From IMG/VR virus record IMGVR_UViG_3300042868_010802: 64,000 bases of DNA. One strand, written 5' to 3'. Each line of letters opens with the position of its first letter. Positions within the stretch are counted from its first letter, which is position 1. This DNA is from an uncultured virus (IMG/VR IMGVR_UViG_3300042868_010802) (Duplodnaviria; Heunggongvirae; Uroviricota; Caudoviricetes). The notes under the pieces are model-generated. The model was not told where the DNA came from. It saw nothing but the letters and a program-made list of their open reading frames with translations, and searched no databases. Positions 9,678-17,944 of the stretch are shown here, piece by piece. A program made the translations under genes and the position numbers.

Positions 9678-10670
9678 TTATCCTTGATACTCAGAGCCAA
9701 AAATGTCTGAATAAGTTTGTGCTTGGTCGCTAAGTTTTTGCAAATCGTGCCGGCCGCAGAACTTTAAAAAATATGTACCAATCATGGGTCGTTGTTTTGC
9801 TACACTGTTGGCAGAAATAGTTTCTGCAATTTTGGCACGAATGTCTGCAGGCTGTGCACCGAGGTCAACTAATGTGCAGTTTCGGTTGTAGTCGTCGAGT
9901 ACCTTGTGCTCAACTCCATTGTGATCTACCCATTTTTGCAACATGAGATTATTCCAATTGAAGCCCTTCATGTCACGATCAGCAAACGCTTCAATAAGAC
10001 CAATTTTATTTTTGCTGCCTTTGGTGCGAACACCGGGGTATGCACTAAAAATGTTATCAGTTGGGTCACCACGCATACATTTTTCAAAAAGGATAAACTT
10101 GGGATCTGGAATAACTTTTGGCTCTTTGGTCTTTTTGTCTATAACCAGTTTGCCTTTCTTGTCAAAGATTCCAGTTAAAGTGTGAAGCTCGTCTGCAATA
10201 CCGTTGTATTGCTTGACATTCTCAGCCAGTAGCTGATAAAAATCGGTGTCACTGCTGACAATAATATGCTGACTTTCTGGATGGCTTTGTATCCAGCCGG
10301 CAATTAAATCGTCGGCTTCTAACTCAGGATGCCTCAGTACTGTACAGTTGGTACGCTCAGTAAAGAACTCTTTGAGATGATCTAGTCCCTCCCAGAACAG
10401 TCGGTCTTCTTCTTGTTCGGCTTCGGTATACGCAGCTCGGGCAACTGCTCGATTGGCCTTGTAAGGTTTGTAAAAGTCCTTGCGCCACGATCGACCTTCC
10501 AAGCAGAAAATTACATGATCTGCTCGTTGATCGCGCCAGCATTTGTTGATACTGGCCAATGTAACATGTATTGCAAATGCTACTTTTTCCTCAATGGTGT
10601 TAGCCCGGTGGGCGCTGTGCCTGGCGCGAAAATAGGTATTTGTGAGGTCGATCAGTAGGTATGTAGTCAT
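9678..10670 (-). CDS. rnh: T4 RNase H-like 5'-3' exonuclease (FEN/PIN fold)
   Basis: LLID, WRK...YKANR, EADD, SSDTDF.QL, GD.TDNI. Confidence 0.9.
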   Translation of the reverse strand: MTTYLLIDLTNTYFRARHSAHRANTIEEKVAFAIHVTLASINKCWRDQRADHVIFCLEGRSWRKDFYKPYKANRAVARAAYTEAEQEEDRLFWEGLDHLKEFFTERTNCTVLRHPELEADDLIAGWIQSHPESQHIIVSSDTDFYQLLAENVKQYNGIADELHTLTGIFDKKGKLVIDKKTKEPKVIPDPKFILFEKCMRGDPTDNIFSAYPGVRTKGSKNKIGLIEAFADRDMKGFNWNNLMLQKWVDHNGVEHKVLDDYNRNCTLVDLGAQPADIRAKIAETISANSVAKQRPMIGTYFLKFCGRHDLQKLSDQAQTYSDIFGSEYQG

Positions 10671-10676
10671 GTCGTT

Positions 10677-10705
10677 ATATTAGCATATAACGATACTGAT
10701 GTCAA
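10677..10705 (-). promoter_or_regulatory. Sigma70-type promoter
   Basis: TTGACA-17 bp-TAATAT. Confidence 0.7.
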
Positions 10706-11154
10706 CTGAATTCTGATCGATCACCGTCTATTTTTTTACGGACACTCGACACTCGTTGTTCTGGATCGGCTTGTTCTTGCTCGAAATTTTCCAAAACAAC
10801 ATTTCGGCAAACGTCCTGGAACCACTGGTCGACTATTTGTTGATCGGTTTTTCCTTTGTAACCTGCTCGAACCAGGTTGGCCACAAACTTGTCGTTCCAG
10901 TCTAGTTCAAATGCTCCGGATCCAATGTTTGCTGGATCCAGGTCAACACTCACTATAGAAATCCAGGGCTCGTTGTTTTCAGTTGCTACTTCTTTGGCTG
11001 TTTTTGTAACTGTTGCAGGTTTTTTGGGCTTGCGTGGTTTTTTTGCAGTCTTGGGTTTTTCCTCCGCAGTTTCTGTTACTGGTGTCGGCGTTTCTATTTT
11101 GTTAATTGCAACTTCTGTTGGCGCCTTGCCAAATATTTTATCAAATAATCCCAT
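10702..11154 (-). CDS. Hypothetical protein
   Basis: 150 aa; G.FELDWN..F...L...GY. Confidence 0.75.
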   Translation of the reverse strand: MGLFDKIFGKAPTEVAINKIETPTPVTETAEEKPKTAKKPRKPKKPATVTKTAKEVATENNEPWISIVSVDLDPANIGSGAFELDWNDKFVANLVRAGYKGKTDQQIVDQWFQDVCRNVVLENFEQEQADPEQRVSSVRKKIDGDRSEFS

Positions 11155-11172
11155 GTTGATTCCTTTAATTTC

Positions 11173-11358
11173 TTACCAGCTGCTGACATCTGTGATATTC
11201 ATTCGCACAGTGGATTTGGGATCGAATTCAATAGTTACATTTGGTCCTATGCCAGAGGTACTTTCTTGTTTCCATACAATGCGGTCTACACTATCATACA
11301 TGTCAAACACTTCTTTCAACTTTTCAAATTGAAAACGAGAGATTATAATTTGTTCCAT
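11173..11358 (-). CDS. Small hypothetical protein
   Basis: MEQIII...SGIGP...ITDVSSW; overlaps the queE stop. Confidence 0.65.
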   Translation of the reverse strand: MEQIIISRFQFEKLKEVFDMYDSVDRIVWKQESTSGIGPNVTIEFDPKSTVRMNITDVSSW

Positions 11359-12206
11359 CAGGTGCCCCACTCGTTCTTGAACAAAGGTACTTGTAGTCTA
11401 TCGCTATACCGTAATCCATGCTTCATGGCCAAATCTGCCACTCGACGATTGTTCAGTGCATATACACTTTCTACACCACCCACTGGCATCAAGTACACGT
11501 GACCTCGGAAACCAGCTGTACGATATGCAGCAATAGCACATTCGGCATCTGCAAAGTCTTGCTCTGTAGCAATAACAAACTTCAAGTATGCTGTGCCGAC
11601 TTGTTCGTATTCACAAACAACTTGTGGAAGAATTGCTTCTTCCCACTTTTCGCCCGAGCAAGGAAGTTTAGCACTTACGCTAAATGTAATTTCTCTTTTG
11701 TGTTCATCTGTGTGCCCGGCCCATTCACTTAGATAATTTTTAAACTCTGGAGTAAGTTTTTGAGTACCGTTTGTTTCAAATGTGATCTCTTTCAAGCCTG
11801 CCATCTTGGGTTGATTCAGCAAGTCTGGAAAAGCACGTTGCCAGCCCAATAGTGGTTCACCACCTGTAATGACTAAGTGTTCTTCTCGCCATTCACCGTA
11901 CGGAATAATTTCACAAATACGATCCGCAATAGCATCGCTGGTCAGCATAGGACTGAGGTCTTTGAAACGAGGATCCCAACTTGCGTAACTATCACAACCA
12001 GTTGACACAAGTGGCAAGTCTTTGTATTCGGCAAAATTTATGGGGTTGATGTTATCTGCTTCTTCACTCAGCTCTCCTCGAGGCATTCCGAATCCTCTAC
12101 AAGAAAAATTACAACCGAAGGTTCTAAGGAACACGCTGGGCACCCCCATGTATCTACCCTCTCCCTGTATAGAGTAGAAAAGCTCAGCTATTTTAATCTT
12201 TGACAT
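11358..12206 (-). CDS. queE: 7-carboxy-7-deazaguanine synthase QueE (radical SAM)
   Basis: ELFYSIQGEG, FLRTFGCNFSC...CDS, ITGGEPL, ETNGT. Confidence 0.93.
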   Translation of the reverse strand: MSKIKIAELFYSIQGEGRYMGVPSVFLRTFGCNFSCRGFGMPRGELSEEADNINPINFAEYKDLPLVSTGCDSYASWDPRFKDLSPMLTSDAIADRICEIIPYGEWREEHLVITGGEPLLGWQRAFPDLLNQPKMAGLKEITFETNGTQKLTPEFKNYLSEWAGHTDEHKREITFSVSAKLPCSGEKWEEAILPQVVCEYEQVGTAYLKFVIATEQDFADAECAIAAYRTAGFRGHVYLMPVGGVESVYALNNRRVADLAMKHGLRYSDRLQVPLFKNEWGT

Positions 12207-12843
12207 TTGTATCCTTTATTATTTCAAAACCTAATTCTCTTGGCGTTTTACCTCTCCAGTTTTTAGGAGTCCGCCTACCCTGTGAGTTTAACGCATTATC
12301 TAATGATTGTAAATACTTTCGGAAAGTATTGCCGTCTGTTATTACTTCTGTATTTCCTAAATCCCGCAATCGTTTGCCTTCTGCAATGGCATCCGATCCT
12401 GTATCAAAAATACCCCAAGGCGTCTTTATTTGCCCTTTGAACTGATAGTTATTTCTACCAGATAACTTTTCGTATGATTTTATTCTTGTCTCTGTTTGAG
12501 TTTTTGATTTCTTCATATTACTCGTGTCTTGTATTTTCCAAGTTTTACCTAACTGTCCTGTACCAATTAATCCGCCATCTCCCTTTTCTTCTGTTAGATT
12601 TGCCCATGTGTAATCATCTACTACATTGTATAACTTAGAATAATATAACCCTGCTTCTTGTAGTTCTTCTTTGGTAGCATATTCACCTATTATACAAGTT
12701 ATAATATGCGACTTATGTTTCTTAATATGATTTAACCATCTCACTCCGGAACCTGTGTATAGATACGGACTTTTCTTACCGCTTGTCTTACACAAATATT
12801 TGAGCCCAGTGTTCATACATTTTTTAATCATTAAGTAGTTCAT
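12193..12843 (-). mobile_element. Free-standing GIY-YIG (Seg-like) homing endonuclease gene
   Basis: YLM.K....GLKYL.KT...Y.GSG..W..H.KKH...WANL; AT-rich; sits between queE and a duplicate queE N-terminus. Confidence 0.75.
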
Positions 12844-12844
12844 C

Positions 12845-12882
12845 TTTAACCCTCCACACTTATTTATGTGTTAAGGGTTAAA
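12845..12882 (-). promoter_or_regulatory. RBS-sequestering hairpin containing a late-promoter motif
   Basis: mRNA UUUAACCCUU-A-ACAC-AUAAAUAA-GUGU-G-GAGGGUUAAA-G-AUG; the stem covers GGAGG and CATAAATA lies at the loop. Confidence 0.75.
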
Positions 12883-12893
12883 AACCACCGCAT

Positions 12894-12968
12894 TTAGGGT
12901 TTATTAACTGTCTCACATTTCTCACAGTAGTGTCTTGAATAAAATAATTCAGACACTTTGATTTTCAT
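12894..12968 (-). pseudogene. Displaced queE 5' remnant
   Basis: Reads MKIKVSELFYS-RHYCEK...*, versus intact QueE MSKIKIAELFYS; has its own AAGGA RBS. Confidence 0.8.
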
Positions 12969-12976
12969 AATAATCC

Positions 12977-13159
12977 TTATTCTGGTAACGCTACAAACCT
13001 AGACAAAAAACTTTCTAGATAACAACTATATTCGTTGGTGCCATCATCTTTAATATAATGCACCCATGTGTTTTTGTCAAGTTCAACAACATGCTGAACT
13101 CGAAATATTTCTCTGTTGCTGCCTTGCCAGCGGCTTCCGTTTTTAGGTAGTTCTTTCAT
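12977..13159 (-). CDS. Small hypothetical protein
   Basis: MKELPKNGSRW...WVHY...YSCYLESFLSRF. Confidence 0.65.
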   Translation of the reverse strand: MKELPKNGSRWQGSNREIFRVQHVVELDKNTWVHYIKDDGTNEYSCYLESFLSRFVALPE

Positions 13160-13424
13160 ATATACTAGACCATGTTTTGAGTTTTTCATGTTTGGCATCT
13201 TTTGCAATATTTACATCGGCTATACTGACTACGCCATGATCAACACATAGGTCAATCATGGCCTGTAAGTCGCCTAGCTCTTCTGCCAAGTGCTGTCTGT
13301 TGGTCAGCGGTTTACCAGGTTTGTAGTTGTCAATACCAAACCGACTGATTTTGCTAACTGCTACTATTACTTCTGCACATTCTTCTTGAAGAATGTCCAT
13401 AATTTCTTTTTCTTTGCTGTTCAT
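13143..13424 (-). CDS. MazG-like NTP pyrophosphohydrolase
   Basis: LQEECAEV...SK..RFG...LAEELGDL. Confidence 0.8.
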   Translation of the reverse strand: MNSKEKEIMDILQEECAEVIVAVSKISRFGIDNYKPGKPLTNRQHLAEELGDLQAMIDLCVDHGVVSIADVNIAKDAKHEKLKTWSSIYERTT

Positions 13425-13597
13425 TCAACCGAACCCTCATAGACTGCACTGTTGCCAGCATGTTCAAAAACTTTAGCACTACGCAACCGAACACCGGCAG
13501 CCCATACTGTTGCGGCGCCGATACCAAACAATGCAAGCCTATGAAATATGTCTACTAAGGTATGTCCTACTTTATCTACCATTTCTGTTTTAAACAT
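13421..13597 (-). pseudogene. 58-aa chimeric ORF: PsiE-like N-terminus fused to a QueD-like C-terminus
   Basis: MFKTEMVDKVGHTLVDIFHRLALFGIGAATVWAAG + VRLRSAKVFEHAGNSAVYEGSVE*. Confidence 0.6.
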
Positions 13598-14079
13598 TAT
13601 TCGAACTCTCTATCTTCTCTATGACCACCACGACCTGCCATGTTGCTATCAGTCTCACGTACTTCTACTCTACAGCACCAAACACGTTTAGCTTCTTCAC
13701 TACCGCAGTTAGGTAAAAAGATTGTATTAACGTATTCGTATAAGAAGTCAGCAATACCTTCACAACCAGTACGTTCTACTTCTGTAATCTTTGCTAGTTT
13801 TAAACGACCTAGTTCTAATAGATGTTCACGCATAGGGTCATCTTGTGCGACTAATAGAGTATGGTCAAACCAATCTTCTAATACACCCTTTAGTGGTTTT
13901 AATCCACCAAAGTCTGTTACCCAGTTACGGGCATCTAGTGTGTCAGCTTCGAACTCAAAGTGAAAACTCATAGCATAGCCATGAATTAAGTTACAATGAC
14001 TATCAGCACGCCATTGACGGTATGCAACAGGACCTATTTGTTTATATGTCTTTGTTGAAAAGAATTTTTTGTTTGCCAT
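13597..14079 (-). CDS. queD: 6-carboxytetrahydropterin synthase QueD
   Basis: RQWRADSHCNLIHGY, WVTDFGGLK, FDHT, C-terminal VEVRET.SN.A. Confidence 0.92.
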   Translation of the reverse strand: MANKKFFSTKTYKQIGPVAYRQWRADSHCNLIHGYAMSFHFEFEADTLDARNWVTDFGGLKPLKGVLEDWFDHTLLVAQDDPMREHLLELGRLKLAKITEVERTGCEGIADFLYEYVNTIFLPNCGSEEAKRVWCCRVEVRETDSNMAGRGGHREDREFE

Positions 14080-14083
14080 GATT

Positions 14084-14150
14084 TTCTCCTATGTTATATT
14101 ATAGCATAGGCAGCAGAATTTGTATACCGGGATGAGCCCAGAAGGCCGGT
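14084..14150 (-). promoter_or_regulatory. Structured queD leader, riboswitch candidate
   Basis: ACCGG/CCGGU stem-loop, A-rich tail, then a CCUAUG/CAUAGG hairpin over the AGGAG RBS. Confidence 0.4.
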
Positions 14151-14159
14151 GTTGAATAT

Positions 14160-14468
14160 TTAGTTGAAGTGTACTTCTCTAATATTATGTTGTTCTACAA
14201 AATCAGGGAACTGCATTATAAACATGGTTGCTATAGAAGCATGTTCGCCATTGAAATGCAATCTGACTCCGCTGGTTCCGTCTTTGCGATGATGGCAAAA
14301 TTTTCCTAATCCATATCTGACAAATGTCACAGTTTTTCTGTTACCACGGTGATCCCAATGCTCATCCTCGTAACTGATACCACCCACACTGTGATACCAG
14401 GCTATCATTTCTTTGGTCAGCTGGCTGATTTCTAACACTATAGGGTGATGTATTGTTACTACTGGCAT
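14160..14468 (-). CDS. Hypothetical protein
   Basis: 102-aa ORF. Confidence 0.65.
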   Translation of the reverse strand: MPVVTIHHPIVLEISQLTKEMIAWYHSVGGISYEDEHWDHRGNRKTVTFVRYGLGKFCHHRKDGTSGVRLHFNGEHASIATMFIMQFPDFVEQHNIREVHFN

Positions 14469-14674
14469 TCTTTATTCAAGATGTCGATTACATCTTCTAG
14501 GGCTTCTGATACTTCCCATGTGCCATGTGGGGGACAAAAAATATAAGTTTTATTTTCAATTACTCCGTCGTTATTTGTTGCAAACTTGCTGTGTACGGTT
14601 GCAATGAGATTGCTGTTGATTGAAATTTTGTCACCGCGGTGATTTTCTGATGAGTTGGTTAGTGTTATGTACAT
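14459..14674 (-). CDS. Hypothetical protein (FlbD-like small beta protein)
   Basis: YITLT...I.IN..LI...T.I...WEV.E.LE.V. Confidence 0.6.
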   Translation of the reverse strand: MYITLTNSSENHRGDKISINSNLIATVHSKFATNNDGVIENKTYIFCPPHGTWEVSEALEDVIDILNKECQ

Positions 14675-14675
14675 A

Positions 14676-15128
14676 TTATCTTTTTTGTGTTAAGTATTGT
14701 TCGTGTGATATCCATTGGCCGTTGCTCAAAAAGCCCCAGTCTCTTGTTTGTGGGCCGGGTACAAACAAAGTCCAGCAAGTCACGCTAGGATCAAGCTCGA
14801 TACGATGATAGCTAGTAGCGCGGCATATACGAAAATGGCCGGGTCCTCGCCAAACTTGCAACTCACCAATTTTCTCATTTGCAGTGTTAAATTGAGGAAG
14901 CCATTCATAATATCCGCCTTTGAGAATTAATGTAAAGTAAGACCATGGATGATCATGTACATCATCGGGATCTGATTTAAGGAACTTGTGAAGAAACACA
15001 TTGAAGGGGAAACTCTTTCTTTCCTTTAAGAACAGGTAGTAGCGTTCCAGGTACGGTTCGTTACTTTGCCTATCCATTACAATTCGTCGACGACCAACTT
15101 TGGTAAGAAAGTTTAGCAACCACTTCAT
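14676..15128 (-). CDS. Cupin-fold protein
   Basis: LHKF...D.HDHPW...ILKGGY.E...HRIEL...WTLF; start trimmed to MKWLLNF. Confidence 0.75.
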   Translation of the reverse strand: MKWLLNFLTKVGRRRIVMDRQSNEPYLERYYLFLKERKSFPFNVFLHKFLKSDPDDVHDHPWSYFTLILKGGYYEWLPQFNTANEKIGELQVWRGPGHFRICRATSYHRIELDPSVTCWTLFVPGPQTRDWGFLSNGQWISHEQYLTQKR

Positions 15129-15132
15129 TTGT

Positions 15133-15339
15133 TTATTCCTTGCGTTTTCTTTTTGGCTTGGTTTCTGTTGCAACAGGTATTGTGTTTTCTGCTGTTAGTA
15201 TAGCAGCTCTAACATCTCGAAGCAAGGCCTCGTCGTCCCATTCTAAAACAGTTTTTCCATCGGATAATGTAGTGACAGTCAAATGACTGCCTTTTACTAC
15301 ACCACTTGGATCTTGTTCTTTCTTTTTGCGTGTCGCCAT
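15133..15339 (-). CDS. Hypothetical protein
   Basis: 68-aa ORF. Confidence 0.65.
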   Translation of the reverse strand: MATRKKKEQDPSGVVKGSHLTVTTLSDGKTVLEWDDEALLRDVRAAILTAENTIPVATETKPKRKRKE

Positions 15340-15340
15340 G

Positions 15341-15613
15341 TTACACCTTTACAAGATCATTGATATTTTCGGCAATGTTGTTGCCCCATTCGTAATTGTT
15401 GCGCCAGGCTTCTTGCCATGCTGCAGAGGTAGGCTCTTCATCAATGAATCCTTCTACACCGTAGGCAAACCATTGTGCAAATTGATCAACATTGATTACC
15501 CCGTCAACAACTACACCATCTTTTTCAAGAATTTCTCGCACCATGCTGACACTGGAGCTACCGTCAAAACAACCTTCTATTTCATCGTCTGTTAATTTAA
15601 AAATATTTTTCAT
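15341..15613 (-). CDS. Hypothetical protein
   Basis: Start MKNIFKL with GAGG RBS. Confidence 0.6.
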   Translation of the reverse strand: MKNIFKLTDDEIEGCFDGSSSVSMVREILEKDGVVVDGVINVDQFAQWFAYGVEGFIDEEPTSAAWQEAWRNNYEWGNNIAENINDLVKV

Positions 15614-16011
15614 TATCTTACCTCTGTAATTTGTAATGGCCCATACAGCCAATATTCTGTTTTGCTAAACACCCAACCGTCCTGTTCGAGTGCAGTATAC
15701 ATTCCAACATCTATTAGATCTGAAATACGATTTCTTTCTTCTTGAGTTGTATAATCTGGAAAAACCCAAGTCACCCAAGGCCCGCCTGATCTTGAATCCA
15801 ATCGTTCAATATTCCAACTATAATCAGTTCCAGTGGTTATTTCTATGCCACTGGGATTGACCAAGTTAATCAACGGAATTACTGGTGAGTCTGACAAAAA
15901 TGAACTGTATGCAAACAATTCTTTTCTAGATAGAGTTGCATTGTCTTTGGTCCAAAATTGCAACTCTGCTACCTTGTTCTGTTCTTTGGGTTCTATTTTC
16001 CAAACAGGCAT
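15613..16011 (-). CDS. Hypothetical protein
   Basis: MPVWKIEP...LEQDGW...TEYWLYGPL. Confidence 0.65.
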   Translation of the reverse strand: MPVWKIEPKEQNKVAELQFWTKDNATLSRKELFAYSSFLSDSPVIPLINLVNPSGIEITTGTDYSWNIERLDSRSGGPWVTWVFPDYTTQEERNRISDLIDVGMYTALEQDGWVFSKTEYWLYGPLQITEVR

Positions 16012-16012
16012 A

Positions 16013-16696
16013 TTAATCTTTCTTGTTACCAAACAACTGTAACAGACTCAAAAACAAGTTAATAAAGTTAAGATACAGTGTTAGTGCTCCTGCAATCTCA
16101 ACGCCATCGTTGGAGTTACCGTTGTACAATTGTTCACGAATTTGTTGAGTGTCGTACGCAGTCAATCCCAGGAAGATTACAACAGCAACAGCACTAATCA
16201 CCATTTGCATTACTGTACTACCAATAAAAATATTAATAACACTGGCAATGATTATTGCAATCAGACCAACAAACAAATACTTACCTATGTTGTCCAGGCT
16301 CTGTTTAGTAAAGTAACCATACACACTCATGACACCAAACAACACTGCTGCGCCCATAAATGCACTGACAATACTGCCCAAGGCGTAGACTATAAAAATA
16401 GTAGCAAAGCTCAATCCCATCAAGCCTGCAAATGCATGTAAGGTCAGCATTTTACCAATCTTGGAAATACCAGAGTTGAGCAGCACAGGAACAGCAAAAA
16501 TAAATGCCAATGGTGCAAGTATTGTGACCCATTTCATAAAACCAGTAAAGAAAAAGACCATGGCAGCTGGGCTTGACGAAACCAGCAAAGCAACAACCAT
16601 ACTGGTCAACACAGCCATAAACATGTGTCCATACACACGGCTCATTGCAGAATTGATAGCATCTGCGGTGCGATAAGTTTGTGCAATTGATGTCAT
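16013..16696 (-). CDS. Bax inhibitor-1/YccA family membrane protein
   Basis: About 7 hydrophobic segments; VY..M, GLTAYDTQ.I, GALTLYLNFINLFLSLL. Confidence 0.9.
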   Translation of the reverse strand: MTSIAQTYRTADAINSAMSRVYGHMFMAVLTSMVVALLVSSSPAAMVFFFTGFMKWVTILAPLAFIFAVPVLLNSGISKIGKMLTLHAFAGLMGLSFATIFIVYALGSIVSAFMGAAVLFGVMSVYGYFTKQSLDNIGKYLFVGLIAIIIASVINIFIGSTVMQMVISAVAVVIFLGLTAYDTQQIREQLYNGNSNDGVEIAGALTLYLNFINLFLSLLQLFGNKKD

Positions 16697-16698
16697 GA

Positions 16699-16902
16699 TT
16701 ATTCCTTAAAATAAGTTTCCATTATTTCTAACTTGTCTTGATATTCAGCAATGTGTGCTACTTCTTGCTCAATAGCATCCATCAAGTCAGTGTGATCATG
16801 AATAGCTGTAGGATTGCTTAACATGATATCTACATTCATTTTGTGTTTGAGAATGTGTGCTTCAAAGTGTTGTTTTAATACGCCAATAATTTCTGTTCTC
16901 AT
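16699..16902 (-). CDS. Small hypothetical protein
   Basis: 67 aa; KHKMNV...NP..I..H.D...AIE.E. Confidence 0.7.
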   Translation of the reverse strand: MRTEIIGVLKQHFEAHILKHKMNVDIMLSNPTAIHDHTDLMDAIEQEVAHIAEYQDKLEIMETYFKE

Positions 16903-16913
16903 TTTATGTTTCC

Positions 16914-17019
16914 TTATCTTGGAGCAAACTCTTGTTGTAGTTTAATATTGTCAAAAAAACTCTTTCTTCACTGACGGGTCTGTTTTGAACGCACCTTTAA
17001 GTACTGTAGTTTGTGTCAT
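16914..17019 (-). pseudogene. Displaced folE 3' remnant, with a +1 frameshift in a T7 run
   Basis: TQTTVLKGAFKTDPSVKKEFF/DNIKLQQEFAPR*, versus the current FolE tail TTTTVLKGAFNSDAGTKKEFFDTLSLQ. Confidence 0.85.
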
Positions 17020-17282
17020 TCTTCAACTCCGAAGTGATTTCTAAATCTAACAACCGCATCCACGATGCCTTGATTATTACCCTTGAGGTATTCTCTGTGT
17101 AGAGGGTCACTCTCATGTTCAATGTTCTCGTCAGAGACTATCTCTTCCATCGATTCTTTTATACATTCTTTCACAATCAACTCGGCGAACTTTTCCGGGT
17201 CAAACCCCAACAACTTCATTGCAGTTTTGTTAATTTCATCGTAGCCAGCTACTTTGGCTAGTGTCTTAATTTTTTCGTTCAT
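17016..17282 (-). CDS. Small hypothetical phage protein
   Basis: MNEKIK.LA...EKFAELIVKEC...HFGVEE; own TTGCTA-17-TATACT promoter. Confidence 0.75.
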   Translation of the reverse strand: MNEKIKTLAKVAGYDEINKTAMKLLGFDPEKFAELIVKECIKESMEEIVSDENIEHESDPLHREYLKGNNQGIVDAVVRFRNHFGVEE

Positions 17283-17338
17283 TTGTCACAACATCCATTT
17301 TGATAAAGTTAGTATAGCACATATTAAAAGGTTTAGCA

Positions 17339-17944
17339 ATGTTTTTAGATAACAAATACACCAAAGTTTATTACAGAATAGTCAACCGTTCTCTTGAGCG
17401 TAATCACCTTAAAGAACGACACGATGGATTTCAAACACATCATATTATTCCACGCTGTTTTGGCGGAACTGATTCTGCCAAAAACCTTGCTGTGCTTACT
17501 TACAAAGAACATAGAGTTTGCCATCGTTTATTGATAGGAATGACAGCCGGAGCAAACAAACATAAAATGATGTATGCCTATAAACTGTTCAACAAACACT
17601 ATGATACTTCTCATCTACCTACTCCTCAAATATACTGTACTCCGGAATCTTATATTAAAATGTCTAATACAAGAAAGGCTAAAGGTTCCTACAAACGAGG
17701 TAAAGACAATATATTCTCTACTCCAGAAATCGTTGAACAAGTTCGCCAACGCATGATTGATAACAATCCTATGAAGGCACCTGAACAAAGACAGCGTATG
17801 AGTCTAAACAATAATAATCCTAATGTTCGACCTATAGTAGTTGAGGGGATAACCTTTCCTACTATAGGAGCCGCATCGCGACATTTTAACACTACTCCGT
17901 ATCTGCTAAAGAAACGATACACTTACCGCTTATTAGATTCCTGA
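17339..17944 (+). mobile_element. HNH homing endonuclease gene, antisense to the operon
   Basis: HHIIPRCFGG.D...NL..LT..EH...H.LL; NUMOD-like C-terminus FPTI.AA.RH. Confidence 0.85.
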
